64,000 nt of DNA from an uncultured virus (IMG/VR IMGVR_UViG_3300031840_000567) (IMGVR_UViG_3300031840_000567); one strand, 5' to 3'. Counted from the stretch's first letter, positions 18,699 to 29,191 are shown. The notes: generated from the letters alone by a model not told the origin. Made by a program: numbers and translations.

Positions 18699-19895
18699 CT
18701 ATCTTTTATTTATAAAGGACTTAACTTTTTCCAATGGAGTAAGTCTCTGTACATACTCTCGATAAGAATCTGTTCCAACTTCTCTCTTATTTGCAGGAAC
18801 TCCAGAAGGAATTCTAGAAACATATTCAGTCAAATCTCTAATCCAAGATTTGAACATAATACCCTCAGATGTAACTGCAATAACATGATTTGCACCGCGT
18901 CTAATAATCCTACCAACAAGTCCGGTATTTAAAGATTCTACAAGAGATCCCAGATCAAACATATTGCCAATAATGTAATGCTCTCTCAAAGTTTTTTCAT
19001 CAAACTTAGGAGCAATTTGCCACATCTCTACGCCCTCTGTTACAGCTGCAGCACCCATAGATCTCTGTACTGTATTGAATAGTTCTCTTGCAACCATTCC
19101 TTTAGCAGACTTGGGTAATCCTTTCTTGAAAGACTCAAAGTCACCATCAGCAGCTAAGGCTCGTAATTTGGAAGCAGACATACCCTCAACCCCTTCAGCA
19201 TCGGGATCCCGTTCTCCTGCAGAGATGACATTAATCGCATCAAAATTATAGAGTTGCCCGTTGTATTTGTTCGCGAGCCCCTCAAACTCTTTTTGTCTGT
19301 CAGCACCAACCACGATGTTGACGCTACTATATCCTTCGACATCGGCTTGCTTCAGTGCGTCTAGTATGGTACGAATGCCAGGATCATATATGATCGCATT
19401 CGCATGTGCAGGAAACATCTTCTTCATAAAGAGAACTTTAGTCTCAGAATCAAGAGGATTTTTCTGTGGATCTACTGAGTGGGATGGGTATATCATATAG
19501 GACCCACCCTCTGCAGTATCTTTAATAGTATCAAGTAATTTTTCGTGACCTGCTGTAGGGGGATTAAATCTACCAAACCCAATAGTAACAGTACCGCGAG
19601 TCTTTTCTACCTCTTCCTGCTCTTCTGGTTCACCAACTCCACCACTTTGTGGTGCTGAAGGAGGAGGATTTTCTGGAGGTAAAGCTCTTGCTGCCCGTCC
19701 AGGTTTTGTTGGATCAGTTTCTTGTGATGGTTTTCTACCACTAGAAAAAACCAACTCACCTTCTATGGTTCTACCAACAATTTTTCCAGCTGGATCAACC
19801 CATGACCCATGGCCATCACCCTTCAAACCAAGCTTCTTTGCTTGCTTTGCAGCGTTTGTCTGCGCCTCATTTAAGAATTGAAAGAAATTCTTCAT
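18699..19895 (-). CDS. Cytidylyltransferase-like nucleotidyltransferase
   Basis: FGRFNPPTAGHEKL, VVGADR, SAGERDPD, MSASKLR. Confidence 0.85.
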   Translation of the reverse strand: MKNFFQFLNEAQTNAAKQAKKLGLKGDGHGSWVDPAGKIVGRTIEGELVFSSGRKPSQETDPTKPGRAARALPPENPPPSAPQSGGVGEPEEQEEVEKTRGTVTIGFGRFNPPTAGHEKLLDTIKDTAEGGSYMIYPSHSVDPQKNPLDSETKVLFMKKMFPAHANAIIYDPGIRTILDALKQADVEGYSSVNIVVGADRQKEFEGLANKYNGQLYNFDAINVISAGERDPDAEGVEGMSASKLRALAADGDFESFKKGLPKSAKGMVARELFNTVQRSMGAAAVTEGVEMWQIAPKFDEKTLREHYIIGNMFDLGSLVESLNTGLVGRIIRRGANHVIAVTSEGIMFKSWIRDLTEYVSRIPSGVPANKREVGTDSYREYVQRLTPLEKVKSFINKR

Positions 19896-19897
19896 TA

Positions 19898-20503
19898 CTA
19901 CGAAAAAACCCGTCGAGTAGACTCCGCAATTCTATTTATGTTAAAGGATATAGTTATACGAAGCTTTTTACTGTTATTCTTTTTAACAAAATGTCTCAAA
20001 TGAGATGGGAATAAAATAATATCACCCTCCTCAACCTTAGGGGTATGATTCTCACATAGGTGCTGATTAATATTTCCATCCAGAAACTCATCATCAAACA
20101 TAAAAGAATGTATAGAGTCCTGTGGATTTTGGAATGTAGTAGCTACATGATCTTCTGGATCAAATACTAGATAATGAATCCCAGAAAAAAATCCAGGTAG
20201 ATGAGAATGAGACTCTTGAAATTGAGATTTCTCATAAGCGTTCATCCAAATCTCATCAATATATGGACGATCAAATAGTCCAAATTCATCCCTCCATTCT
20301 CTTAGGGCATCATCATAATGCTGCTTAATCTCTTGAGGGAAAGCTCCTTGAAATTCTGTTCTAACATCACAACTCCATCCTTCTGGAGTTCCATTTATTG
20401 AATGATCTTTCCAAGATACATACCTATCCAACATATTTTGTCTTAGATCAGGTGCCTGTAAATTGTATTTGAATATTCGAGTTGGAAATAAATCAGTGTA
20501 CAT
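19898..20503 (-). CDS. Putative 2OG-Fe(II) oxygenase (TIGR02466-like)
   Basis: LFPTRI, QESHSH...FSGIHY, EGDIILFPSHLRHFV, RITISFN. Confidence 0.8.
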   Translation of the reverse strand: MYTDLFPTRIFKYNLQAPDLRQNMLDRYVSWKDHSINGTPEGWSCDVRTEFQGAFPQEIKQHYDDALREWRDEFGLFDRPYIDEIWMNAYEKSQFQESHSHLPGFFSGIHYLVFDPEDHVATTFQNPQDSIHSFMFDDEFLDGNINQHLCENHTPKVEEGDIILFPSHLRHFVKKNNSKKLRITISFNINRIAESTRRVFS

Positions 20504-21838
20504 TTAACCAAAAATAATGTTTCGTGCGTTTCCAAAGTCACCCTTAAGTAAGGATTTAAATTGGGGTGAAAGAAATGCTTGGAACTGAGGTTGAGATTTA
20601 AAGTCACCTTTATATCTTAACTCAAGTTCTAAGAGATCTAGTGTACCTGCCCTAACTTTGAAAAATAACTTAGCCGCATTTGAGGACTCTGTTTTTGCAG
20701 TATCTATATCAATAGTCTTAGGTTGTCTTCTAAGATAAGCAAGAGCAAGTGCAACGCTATCAATACCAATACAAGTACCACTACCTTCCTGAATATTCAT
20801 ACCATTAGACTTAGATATTGTAACCTGCCCTACCCCAGTGGTCAAGATAAATTCAAAGTTATTTCTAGTATACTCACTCATCTCATCCATCAATTGTTTC
20901 TTAAGAATAAGATTGATTAGGGTATCAGCAAACAACTGCTGATTTCTTTTAATAATACTTAGGAATTGTTTATATAATGTGTTGGGTTGATTTCCAACTT
21001 TGCCAAGCCTCATGTTTACATAATCACGCATCGCATTAGTTGTTTTGGTATCAACCTCTCTAGTATTCAAAAGAGCTGGATCACCAATAGCAGATACATC
21101 TTTTAGATTAATTAAAGGAACTGTTTGAATCTTACCATTTTTATAGATACCAATCCTAGTACTCCAAAGTTTTTCCGGTGGAGCATTTCTAGGATTAGAT
21201 CCATCAGGAAGTTGAGCAAGTCCAACCAAAGGACCAGTAGTTAATGCATCCCTAATTACTCCAGCAAAAAACTGCTGTCGTGCTTGCTGTAACTGTGCCT
21301 TGATAGGAGCAAATTGAGATCCATTCAATACAGTATCAAATGCTTTATTGATTAGAGTCGGGTCCGGTGCAGTTCCTTTTGGTTTCTTTTTCAGAGATAC
21401 CCCAACATAATTAGCTCCATACTGAAGAATCAAATCAGAAGAGTTAAAGTCTGCCATACCAAAAGCAGCAAACTTAAATTGCTGAACTTCTTGAGGCCAT
21501 TGAGTTCCTGTCAGGTATACTGCATTGGGTATTGCATTCCCAGATATACCTTTCATTGCAGAATTTTTAGCAAGAAAAGATCTGACTGCTTTTACTGCAG
21601 AGATACCTACAATAAGATCAGAATAAAACTTATCTTTTTTTGTTGATGGGGTTAAGGTTACAGCTTTCTCAAAATCTTTTTTTACATTCCCAGCACCAAT
21701 AACAGCGGGACCCATATACCTCTGATACATGAGGTTGTAAAAGTTTTGAAGACTTGTCTCATCTTTGACAGCAGCATCCATTTCTTGATTGTTGCATAAC
21801 GCACAACCAGCAAAAAATCCTTCAGACGGTTCAGCCAT
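20504..21838 (-). CDS. Hypothetical late protein, possible PD-(D/E)xK nuclease fold
   Basis: SSDLIL...YVGVSLKK motif, LELRYKG; CTAAATA at 21865-21871. Confidence 0.55.
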   Translation of the reverse strand: MAEPSEGFFAGCALCNNQEMDAAVKDETSLQNFYNLMYQRYMGPAVIGAGNVKKDFEKAVTLTPSTKKDKFYSDLIVGISAVKAVRSFLAKNSAMKGISGNAIPNAVYLTGTQWPQEVQQFKFAAFGMADFNSSDLILQYGANYVGVSLKKKPKGTAPDPTLINKAFDTVLNGSQFAPIKAQLQQARQQFFAGVIRDALTTGPLVGLAQLPDGSNPRNAPPEKLWSTRIGIYKNGKIQTVPLINLKDVSAIGDPALLNTREVDTKTTNAMRDYVNMRLGKVGNQPNTLYKQFLSIIKRNQQLFADTLINLILKKQLMDEMSEYTRNNFEFILTTGVGQVTISKSNGMNIQEGSGTCIGIDSVALALAYLRRQPKTIDIDTAKTESSNAAKLFFKVRAGTLDLLELELRYKGDFKSQPQFQAFLSPQFKSLLKGDFGNARNIIFG

Positions 21839-21853
21839 TAAAAAAAGGGAGTA

Positions 21854-22048
21854 CTACTTCCTGTTATTTAGATAGTCCTTTTCAAACTGATACGGCTTTG
21901 TCTCACCTGTCCATAGTTTATACCCTTCCTTGACTTCTGGCAAGAGCCACTGGTCCACACGAACACACTGCGCCCAGTTGACGGGGTGAGAACAACTCAC
22001 CACTACAACAGCAAAGAATGCTCGTAGGTGGATCCAGAGACTGAGCAT
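21854..22048 (-). CDS. Small hypothetical protein
   Basis: 64 aa, TAATG overlap with the mazG stop. Confidence 0.6.
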   Translation of the reverse strand: MLSLWIHLRAFFAVVVVSCSHPVNWAQCVRVDQWLLPEVKEGYKLWTGETKPYQFEKDYLNNRK

Positions 22049-22704
22049 TATCTATCGCCAGATTTACGATTCTCTGAGTAATATGCATCAAAGGTTCCCG
22101 TGGGATAACGCTTTGACAATTTATCAATATTACGATCAAGAACTTCTTCAATAGAAATATCAAGTGCCATACATGCCTGAGCAACATACCACATAACATC
22201 ACCTAATTCAATCTTTAGATGCTCAATATTATCTTCTTCCCAAGGCTTTCCTTGGAAAATGATCTTCTTAACAATCTCCATAAACTCACCACCTTCTGCA
22301 GAGATACCTACAGCAGCAGTTAGGAGACGCTGAACCTCACAACCACCTGCTTGAAGAGCAGCAATTCTAGCAATAAATTGTGAAGGATCTTTAGAGGGAG
22401 CACTAGTTACTTGATCAACAAACTCAAGGTATCCATCCTTAGGAGAGTCTTGAGAAGAAGTCAAAACTACCGGAATGGTAGGTTCAGGGGGAGCAGGGGG
22501 AACAGGAGTGGGTGTATTAACAACAGCTGGGTTACCAAGTTGAGCACCCTTAGGATCTTCTGGATTATCAGACCAACCCTCAGTACCAGGATCACCAGGT
22601 TCTACTTCCCAAAACTCCTTAACACGAGGACGGCGAGGGGGAGTAGCAGTAGGACGCTGAGGATCGGGTGTACCATCAGCGATTGCATTAGAATAGGTAG
22701 GCAT
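22048..22704 (-). CDS. mazG: MazG-family nucleoside triphosphate pyrophosphohydrolase with Pro-rich N-terminal extension
   Basis: AEGGEFMEIVKK, ELGDVMWYVAQAC, KLSKRYP. Confidence 0.9.
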   Translation of the reverse strand: MPTYSNAIADGTPDPQRPTATPPRRPRVKEFWEVEPGDPGTEGWSDNPEDPKGAQLGNPAVVNTPTPVPPAPPEPTIPVVLTSSQDSPKDGYLEFVDQVTSAPSKDPSQFIARIAALQAGGCEVQRLLTAAVGISAEGGEFMEIVKKIIFQGKPWEEDNIEHLKIELGDVMWYVAQACMALDISIEEVLDRNIDKLSKRYPTGTFDAYYSENRKSGDR

Positions 22705-22706
22705 AA

Positions 22707-23567
22707 TTACGATTGTGGAGAAGTGAATTGTGGGTGATAGTTGAATAATGTATCTAGTCGAAAATGCTCCCAGGTATAAGAGACAATATCAGCATTTCTT
22801 TCTTCAAAGTCTAAATGTTCTGGTTGAATAGAATAAAAAGCAGATAATACTAACCTTTCCTTATCAGAAAACCAGCTAGGTTTGATGTAAGGATTATGAA
22901 TACACCCTGTGGGATAAACCACAAGGCTATTATACATCATAATAGCAGAACTTTCAAATTTAAAATCCTCATAGTCATGAACTTGAAACCATTCATTTAT
23001 TGACTGTTCCTCATGACGATCATAGAAATTTATTAAAGTATTTTTATCTTCCCGATTAAAATCTAAGACATTGTTCTTACCCCTCCAAGACCAAAATCCA
23101 GTAGTTACAGGATCAGAGCTTTTTGAGAGATTGATGTTTGCAACAATACATGGTCTATCAGTCTCAACACTATCAAATGGATCTGAATCCATATGGGGAT
23201 AACAACAAAGTCCCCCAGTAACATCTAATCCCATTGTACCACTCGTAGCTTGAGTGTACATATCAATTATTGACATCTCACTAACACCAAAAATTTTCTT
23301 AAATTTTTGAGTAAGTTGAGATCCAAGCATAGAGAAAAGATTTGGAGTGAACTGATGTGTCATTCCAGGACGAACAATATCAGTATCATCAAAGTCTTTA
23401 GTCTCCCAGTAGTCAAGACTTTCTAAAAACTCTTGAACTTTGTCTGGATAAAGAAAAACATTATTTGCAATAAGGATCGGAACATTACCAGGCAGTAAAT
23501 GATATTCAAACTCAAGGTTATTTACCTCTGAGATTTCTTTCCAAATTTTTGTTGATGAGTTAATCAA
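22707..23567 (-). CDS. Putative 2OG-Fe(II) oxygenase (DUF6445-like)
   Basis: YPHMD (HxD), TGFWS, YNSLVVYPTGCIHNP, RLVL. Probable TTG start at 23567 with GAGGG SD (ORF track start 23600). Confidence 0.65.
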   Translation of the reverse strand: MINSSTKIWKEISEVNNLEFEYHLLPGNVPILIANNVFLYPDKVQEFLESLDYWETKDFDDTDIVRPGMTHQFTPNLFSMLGSQLTQKFKKIFGVSEMSIIDMYTQATSGTMGLDVTGGLCCYPHMDSDPFDSVETDRPCIVANINLSKSSDPVTTGFWSWRGKNNVLDFNREDKNTLINFYDRHEEQSINEWFQVHDYEDFKFESSAIMMYNSLVVYPTGCIHNPYIKPSWFSDKERLVLSAFYSIQPEHLDFEERNADIVSYTWEHFRLDTLFNYHPQFTSPQS

Positions 23568-24942
23568 ATTTAAATCCCTCAAACTTATTCTCCTTTGCAA
23601 AAGAATCAGCTACATTGTTTTCATCTCCAGAATCAAGTAGAGATCCGCCATCCGATTGTTCACAATCATATAACCTCATCTTAGCACGATCTATTCCCAC
23701 CACAAACCTCTTATTCATTGTTGGATCACCGTATCTATTCTTCAATTGCTTCACCATAATTTGTCCGAGTCCTTCAAGATCTTCAGATGAAATAAGGGCA
23801 AACATAAGATCAGCAGTAGCAGGGAGGCCAAAGGACTCGCTAGTGTCAGTAATGTCAACATCACTGCTGCTATAACCAGAACGAGTGGTCTGGGTGGCAG
23901 ATACGATAGGGACCTGGGCTTCGACAGCCAATCCTCTAAGTTCTTCAGCAATAGCCTTGATATAACTATAAGAATTGACACCGACTGCTCCGCGATACCT
24001 AGCGGAAGCACAAATATTAAGGTAGTCAATGAAAATAATATCAGGGCGAAAAGATTTCTTAAGTGCCAGATCGTTGAGCAGAGATTTAAAATGTCCACTA
24101 TGGGCACTTGCCGTTGGATATTCTTTAATTATAAGAGTTCCTTGAGTTTTTGCAGCAACCTTAGATACCTTTGTCTCGAATAACTGACGAGGTAACTCAC
24201 TTAAATCTCTAATGTTAACATCAAGAAGATTAGCATCGATTCTTTCAGCAATCTTTTCTTCAGACATCTCCATGGTTATGTAGAGGACATTCTTTCCCTG
24301 AAGAAGTACAGAACTTGCAACATGACACATAAAGAGAGACTTACCAACACCAGTACCAGCTAAACCAATAGTGAGTGTTTTATTGGGCAGACCACCTTTT
24401 GTAATCTTATTAAAGTATTCGAGATCAAATGGAATCTTATTTTCTTTACGATGGTACGATTCGTAGCGTTCCTCATAGTCCGCAAGATAATCATGTCCGA
24501 TATGATTATCAAAAGAGACTGCAAGAGCATCAGACAAGATACTGGGAATAGCATCTCTAGTCTTTTTAGAATCTTGCCCATCAGCAATTTGAATGGACTC
24601 CATCAAAGCCAAATAGATGGCACGGTCGCGACACCACTTCTCAGTAGCATCAAGTAACCACTGAGTATGAGTATCACTTTGAGTGAGAACCTCAACCAAA
24701 TTTAAGATATCCCTGCATTCCTGTTCAGAAAGATCATCACGATTCTGAACTTCAATACTAAGAATCTCTGGAGTGAGAATCTTATCATACTCATTTACAA
24801 AAGAACTTATCTCCTCAAAAATAATTTTTTCAGAACGGTCATCATAATAATCGGGTTCTATAAAAGGAAGAACCTTTCTGAGAAACTCTTCATCGTGGAT
24901 GAGGTTCCTCAGAATAGTCAATTCAATCCGGTCACTCATCAT
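23560..24942 (-). CDS. gp41: Replicative DNA helicase
   Basis: AGTGVGKS Walker A, DYLNIC, SATQTTR, QLKNRY. Confidence 0.96.
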   Translation of the reverse strand: MMSDRIELTILRNLIHDEEFLRKVLPFIEPDYYDDRSEKIIFEEISSFVNEYDKILTPEILSIEVQNRDDLSEQECRDILNLVEVLTQSDTHTQWLLDATEKWCRDRAIYLALMESIQIADGQDSKKTRDAIPSILSDALAVSFDNHIGHDYLADYEERYESYHRKENKIPFDLEYFNKITKGGLPNKTLTIGLAGTGVGKSLFMCHVASSVLLQGKNVLYITMEMSEEKIAERIDANLLDVNIRDLSELPRQLFETKVSKVAAKTQGTLIIKEYPTASAHSGHFKSLLNDLALKKSFRPDIIFIDYLNICASARYRGAVGVNSYSYIKAIAEELRGLAVEAQVPIVSATQTTRSGYSSSDVDITDTSESFGLPATADLMFALISSEDLEGLGQIMVKQLKNRYGDPTMNKRFVVGIDRAKMRLYDCEQSDGGSLLDSGDENNVADSFAKENKFEGFKFD

Positions 24943-25943
24943 TCTCCATAGCTAAATTCTTTGCGAGCAATCTCGTCAAGTTGTTGCATTACTTCTTCAG
25001 TAAAATACTTTTCAGGTTCCTTGTAGACTTGCTTGGCATAAACTTTCTTACCATCAATTTCATAACGACCTGCTACATTTTTCCAAAGTCCACCAAGTTC
25101 TCCCAACTCAAGTAGACCATAATGCCTATCAAGACCACGCTCATCATAGAATAAACGAATAGTAACATCCTTGTTTTCCTTACTTAAACGAGACTTAGCA
25201 GTCTTAGCTTTGATAAGGTTTCCAATGACTTCTGTTCCATCCTTCTCTTTTTTCTTACTGAGATAGATGATTGTACTTGCTGCATACTTAAGGCCACTGC
25301 CTCCTCCCATTTCCTTTGTAGGTACATATGCGCCAATGACATCGTAAGTATGGTTGGTAACGATCATAGGTATTCTAGCCTGTCCCAGCTTCAATGTCAA
25401 CATCCTAAAGGCACCTTTGACCAGTTGGGATTTTGTCATATCACGAACTTGCTTTTCATCCAAAGCATCACGGATCTCTTTCTCAGTTGAAAGCATACCA
25501 AGAGAGTCCAACACAAACATACATGGTTTACGCTCTTCCTCTGATTTCTTCAGATACAAATCAACTGCCTTCAATGCCTTACTACGAAAGTCTTCGATAG
25601 TTACAACATTAACAACTACCAAGCGATCAAGAGGTAATCCACGACTCTCCAGAAGAGACTTATTAATTGCTGCCTCAGTGTCAAAGTAGAGACAATAACC
25701 GTCAGGATTAGCGTTAAGGAAATTTTGAACAACGGCGAGGCTAAAGAAAGTTTTGCCAGTGCTAGACTCACCAGCAATGGCAGTAATCTTATTCCCAGAA
25801 CAACCACCAAATATACTACCTGATACGAGTCCGTTAAAAATGTACGAACCCGTGTCCACATAAGTTTCAGAGTCGTCAATATCTTTTGCCAGTTGAGTAT
25901 AGTCATCTCCAATCTCTTTTACAATTTCTTTAAGAAAATCCAT
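24939..25943 (-). CDS. uvsX: RecA-like recombinase
   Basis: GESSTGKT, FDTEAA, LDSLGML, MGGGSGLKY. Confidence 0.95.
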   Translation of the reverse strand: MDFLKEIVKEIGDDYTQLAKDIDDSETYVDTGSYIFNGLVSGSIFGGCSGNKITAIAGESSTGKTFFSLAVVQNFLNANPDGYCLYFDTEAAINKSLLESRGLPLDRLVVVNVVTIEDFRSKALKAVDLYLKKSEEERKPCMFVLDSLGMLSTEKEIRDALDEKQVRDMTKSQLVKGAFRMLTLKLGQARIPMIVTNHTYDVIGAYVPTKEMGGGSGLKYAASTIIYLSKKKEKDGTEVIGNLIKAKTAKSRLSKENKDVTIRLFYDERGLDRHYGLLELGELGGLWKNVAGRYEIDGKKVYAKQVYKEPEKYFTEEVMQQLDEIARKEFSYGE

Positions 25944-26111
25944 TCAGTTCCATCTCAAGGTTTTCAAGTATTCTAGCACATTTTCACGCACTAACATCAG
26001 TTCATTAAAACATTTTTGGTTGTGAGCACAGGACCTAAGTTCCTGATCTGGTTTATGAACGGACTCGATAAAAAGATCAAGCCCTCTATTCCACTTTTCT
26101 TGATCGGTCAT
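25944..26111 (-). CDS. Small conserved hypothetical protein
   Basis: MTDQEKWNRGLDLFIESVHKPD...CAHNQKC; ATGA overlap with the gp43 stop. Confidence 0.65.
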   Translation of the reverse strand: MTDQEKWNRGLDLFIESVHKPDQELRSCAHNQKCFNELMLVRENVLEYLKTLRWN

Positions 26112-28603
26112 GAGAAGAAGTCCTCTAAAGTTGCGGTTTTTTCTACAGACCATCCAATAGCATCTAGAATTGTCCTCAAAGGTTCTAAGAATGCCTTGCC
26201 AAATTGAAGGTCATAGTCAACATATCTAGTAACATTTAATTCCTTGGGAAAATCTTGAATGAAGGAAATAACATTCTCATGAATGATATTTGGTTTCTTC
26301 AAATAGCAGAATTTAATCTTTTCACCATTTTGAATGAGCGAATACTTGTTAGTAAGATTCGCTTTCTTAATATAATGATTGTATAGAAGAGCTCCACGGC
26401 AATGAATGGGAGTTCCTTTAGAGTAAATGTCTGCTGAGGATTTATACTTTGCTACATCACTAACAGATCTAGGAAAAGAAATCTCTTCAGGAGTTAATTT
26501 TTTAAATTGTTGGCGACACTTATCTATGTAATCAATCATATCATCTTCCGACCCAGACATCATAATTTTAAAAGAATTTTTTAACATTTGACGGCAGGGT
26601 GCGGGTGTAGATGACTTGACAGCCTCAATACCCATCACTTTTAATTTAGGCTCTGTATATTGAACGCCTTCGCTGTTCCAAACATTAAGAATATATCTTT
26701 TCTTTGCAGTCCAGATACCACGATCAGCGATATTCTCACGCTTCATTTGCATTTTTTGTTCGTATGCTGAAACATAATCCGCAAGATTTTGATACGACTG
26801 ATCAATGAACGGTTCCAACTTGTCTTCACAGATCTTATCAAGTAACCCCACAATTGCTGCTTTATTGCCAGACTTATTACCAAGAAATTTAGTAACAAGA
26901 GGTCCAAGATTAAGATAAATTGAGTCAGTGTCAGATGCGATAACATAGTCTTCACCATCTGTAGATAGAAGTTTATTTAGATACTGATTCATCTTGGTCT
27001 CAATCCAGCGAATAGAGACCTGACCAGATAGAGTGATAGCTTCTGCGTTCGCTAATTTAAAGTACCTGAAGTATTGATTACCAATAGCACCATAAGCAGA
27101 GTTAAGAGAAATCTTCTTCGCCATTTGAATGTTGTTACATCTGGAGATTTCTTTCTTAAGTGTATCAGTAGGAGTCTTCTCAAACTCTTGCTTGGCTTTG
27201 AGCATACGCTTCTTGAAGATGACTCTCTCACCATACATCTTCTCCATCAACTCAGGTAAGAATCCCTTCTTATCCTTACGAAACATAGCACCATTTGGAC
27301 AAACAGCGTTGTCCTTATACATCTCAAAGTTTATTTCCTCATTAAGGATCTTATCAACAGTTGCTGTTGGGTGTTTCTCTTCAAGGAGGGTCTCTGGCGA
27401 GATGTTATATTGCATAATAAGGTGAGGGTATAGAGAGTTAAGGTCAAAAGAGACAACCCAATCATAAACTCCCGGAATCGGTTCTTTAACATATGCACCT
27501 GCATACTTCTCATCCTTATCAGTTTTTTCTTTGGGGGGAATAACAATACCCTTTTTCTTAAGGTAGTTGTAGATTATAGTATCCCACATCCTTACCTGAT
27601 AGAAGACATCATTATAATTTACCTTGGCGTCATATGCCATAGTTAGTGCTAGCTCGATCAACTTCATCTTATCCTCAAGACGGTCTACGAGCTCCACATC
27701 GATGATGTTGTATTCTACAAATTTCTGCCAACCATGCGTATAGAAATCTTTAAAGGTATCATACTCAGAATGGTCAAGTTTTTTCTGTCCGAGTTCTACA
27801 TTGGCAATATGATCAAGACGATATGATTCCTGATTAGTATAAGTAAATTTCTTATACAGATCAAGATAATCTAACTGAGTAATACCACCAATATCATAGA
27901 AGACTTGTCTACGACCTTTGATAAAGACTTCTTTTTGAGATACTAATCCCCAAGGCGATAATCTCTTAGCAAGTTTTTCGCCAAGAACACGATCAATACG
28001 CTTTGCAATAAATGGAATATCGAAAAGCTGAATATTCCAACCGGTCACAACATCAGGTGTATTTTCCATCCACCAGTTGATGAAAGAACTTAGAAGATCT
28101 CGCTCATTATTGAATTGAATATAGCGAACATTATCCTGCTTGATCTTAAATGGACCTTGACCCCAAGTTGTGATCTCCTTTGTATTATAATCCTGGATTG
28201 TAATCAGCAGAATCTCTTGGTCTGCTGCTTCAACATCAGGAAATCCATTTTCAGCACGAGTTTCAATGTCAACGGTAATAAGACGAATCTTACTAGAGTC
28301 AAATTTAATTTCATCTTGAGGATACTTATCAGAAATATACTGATAGATATACCTTTCGTTACCATAAACCTTGAAGTTGTCTACCTCACCATAGCTTTTT
28401 AAAAACTCCCTACAGTCAGAGACGAAACCAGGTTTAATTGGTTCAACATAATCACCGTCGAGAGTTTTATAGAATGTTTTCTTTTTAGCAGGAACAAATA
28501 ATGTAGGTTTGTATTTTTCGCGAAACTGAATGTACTCACCATTATCATAAGCACGAACCAGAAACTGGTCCCCGATCATTTGTACATTAGTGTAAAATTT
28601 CAT
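26108..28603 (-). CDS. gp43: Family B DNA polymerase
   Basis: DIET exonuclease motif, SFDLNSLYP, KISLNSAYG, SDTDS. Confidence 0.98.
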   Translation of the reverse strand: MKFYTNVQMIGDQFLVRAYDNGEYIQFREKYKPTLFVPAKKKTFYKTLDGDYVEPIKPGFVSDCREFLKSYGEVDNFKVYGNERYIYQYISDKYPQDEIKFDSSKIRLITVDIETRAENGFPDVEAADQEILLITIQDYNTKEITTWGQGPFKIKQDNVRYIQFNNERDLLSSFINWWMENTPDVVTGWNIQLFDIPFIAKRIDRVLGEKLAKRLSPWGLVSQKEVFIKGRRQVFYDIGGITQLDYLDLYKKFTYTNQESYRLDHIANVELGQKKLDHSEYDTFKDFYTHGWQKFVEYNIIDVELVDRLEDKMKLIELALTMAYDAKVNYNDVFYQVRMWDTIIYNYLKKKGIVIPPKEKTDKDEKYAGAYVKEPIPGVYDWVVSFDLNSLYPHLIMQYNISPETLLEEKHPTATVDKILNEEINFEMYKDNAVCPNGAMFRKDKKGFLPELMEKMYGERVIFKKRMLKAKQEFEKTPTDTLKKEISRCNNIQMAKKISLNSAYGAIGNQYFRYFKLANAEAITLSGQVSIRWIETKMNQYLNKLLSTDGEDYVIASDTDSIYLNLGPLVTKFLGNKSGNKAAIVGLLDKICEDKLEPFIDQSYQNLADYVSAYEQKMQMKRENIADRGIWTAKKRYILNVWNSEGVQYTEPKLKVMGIEAVKSSTPAPCRQMLKNSFKIMMSGSEDDMIDYIDKCRQQFKKLTPEEISFPRSVSDVAKYKSSADIYSKGTPIHCRGALLYNHYIKKANLTNKYSLIQNGEKIKFCYLKKPNIIHENVISFIQDFPKELNVTRYVDYDLQFGKAFLEPLRTILDAIGWSVEKTATLEDFFS

Positions 28604-28890
28604 TCACTGGTAAGTTCGGTGTATGCTTCGAGAATAAATGACTCTGGGTCAACTAGAGTTAGAATAGTATCACTTTGAATTCTACACTTCTTATCGGAGG
28701 AAATATTCAGAACTTTCCAAGGTGTCAAACGATCCTTGTACTCTCCATCGAAATCATCATCTTGAATTACAAACTCATAAGGGTTTTCTAATTCACAATC
28801 AGGCTCACCAATGTCAGCACCAATTTCCTTAATTCCAGCGATAATACACTTGTAGTCTTCTTTAAATACAATGACTTTAATTTGTGACAT
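28600..28890 (-). CDS. Conserved hypothetical protein (possible Sm-like fold)
   Basis: DIGEPDC.LENPY, SDTILTLVDP; usual position upstream of gp43. Confidence 0.7.
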   Translation of the reverse strand: MSQIKVIVFKEDYKCIIAGIKEIGADIGEPDCELENPYEFVIQDDDFDGEYKDRLTPWKVLNISSDKKCRIQSDTILTLVDPESFILEAYTELTSE

Positions 28891-29191
28891 TATTGACTAG
28901 CTCCTGGTACATTGACTTGAGATCAGCAACTGGTTCAAAGATAGTTTGAACCGAGTTTGGGTTGACAATAAAAGTTGTCTCTTGCGTGAGTGGTTGCCAA
29001 GTAGCAAGAGATACTTGGGATGTATTTTCTGCGGTTTCTCCTGCATCTTCGCTCAGCAACATGGTGGGTTGCATGATAACACGATATGGATTGTTGAACA
29101 TATATTGACGAGCCTTGTCTTCAGGATCAATCAACTCTTTGATATCAGCAATGATTTGATCATTGCCGATGATGGCTACTCTAACAGACAT
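28877..29191 (-). CDS. Conserved hypothetical protein (possible Sm-like fold)
   Basis: Start MSVRVAII downstream of the promoter at 29214-29242. Confidence 0.7.
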   Translation of the reverse strand: MSVRVAIIGNDQIIADIKELIDPEDKARQYMFNNPYRVIMQPTMLLSEDAGETAENTSQVSLATWQPLTQETTFIVNPNSVQTIFEPVADLKSMYQELVNNVTN

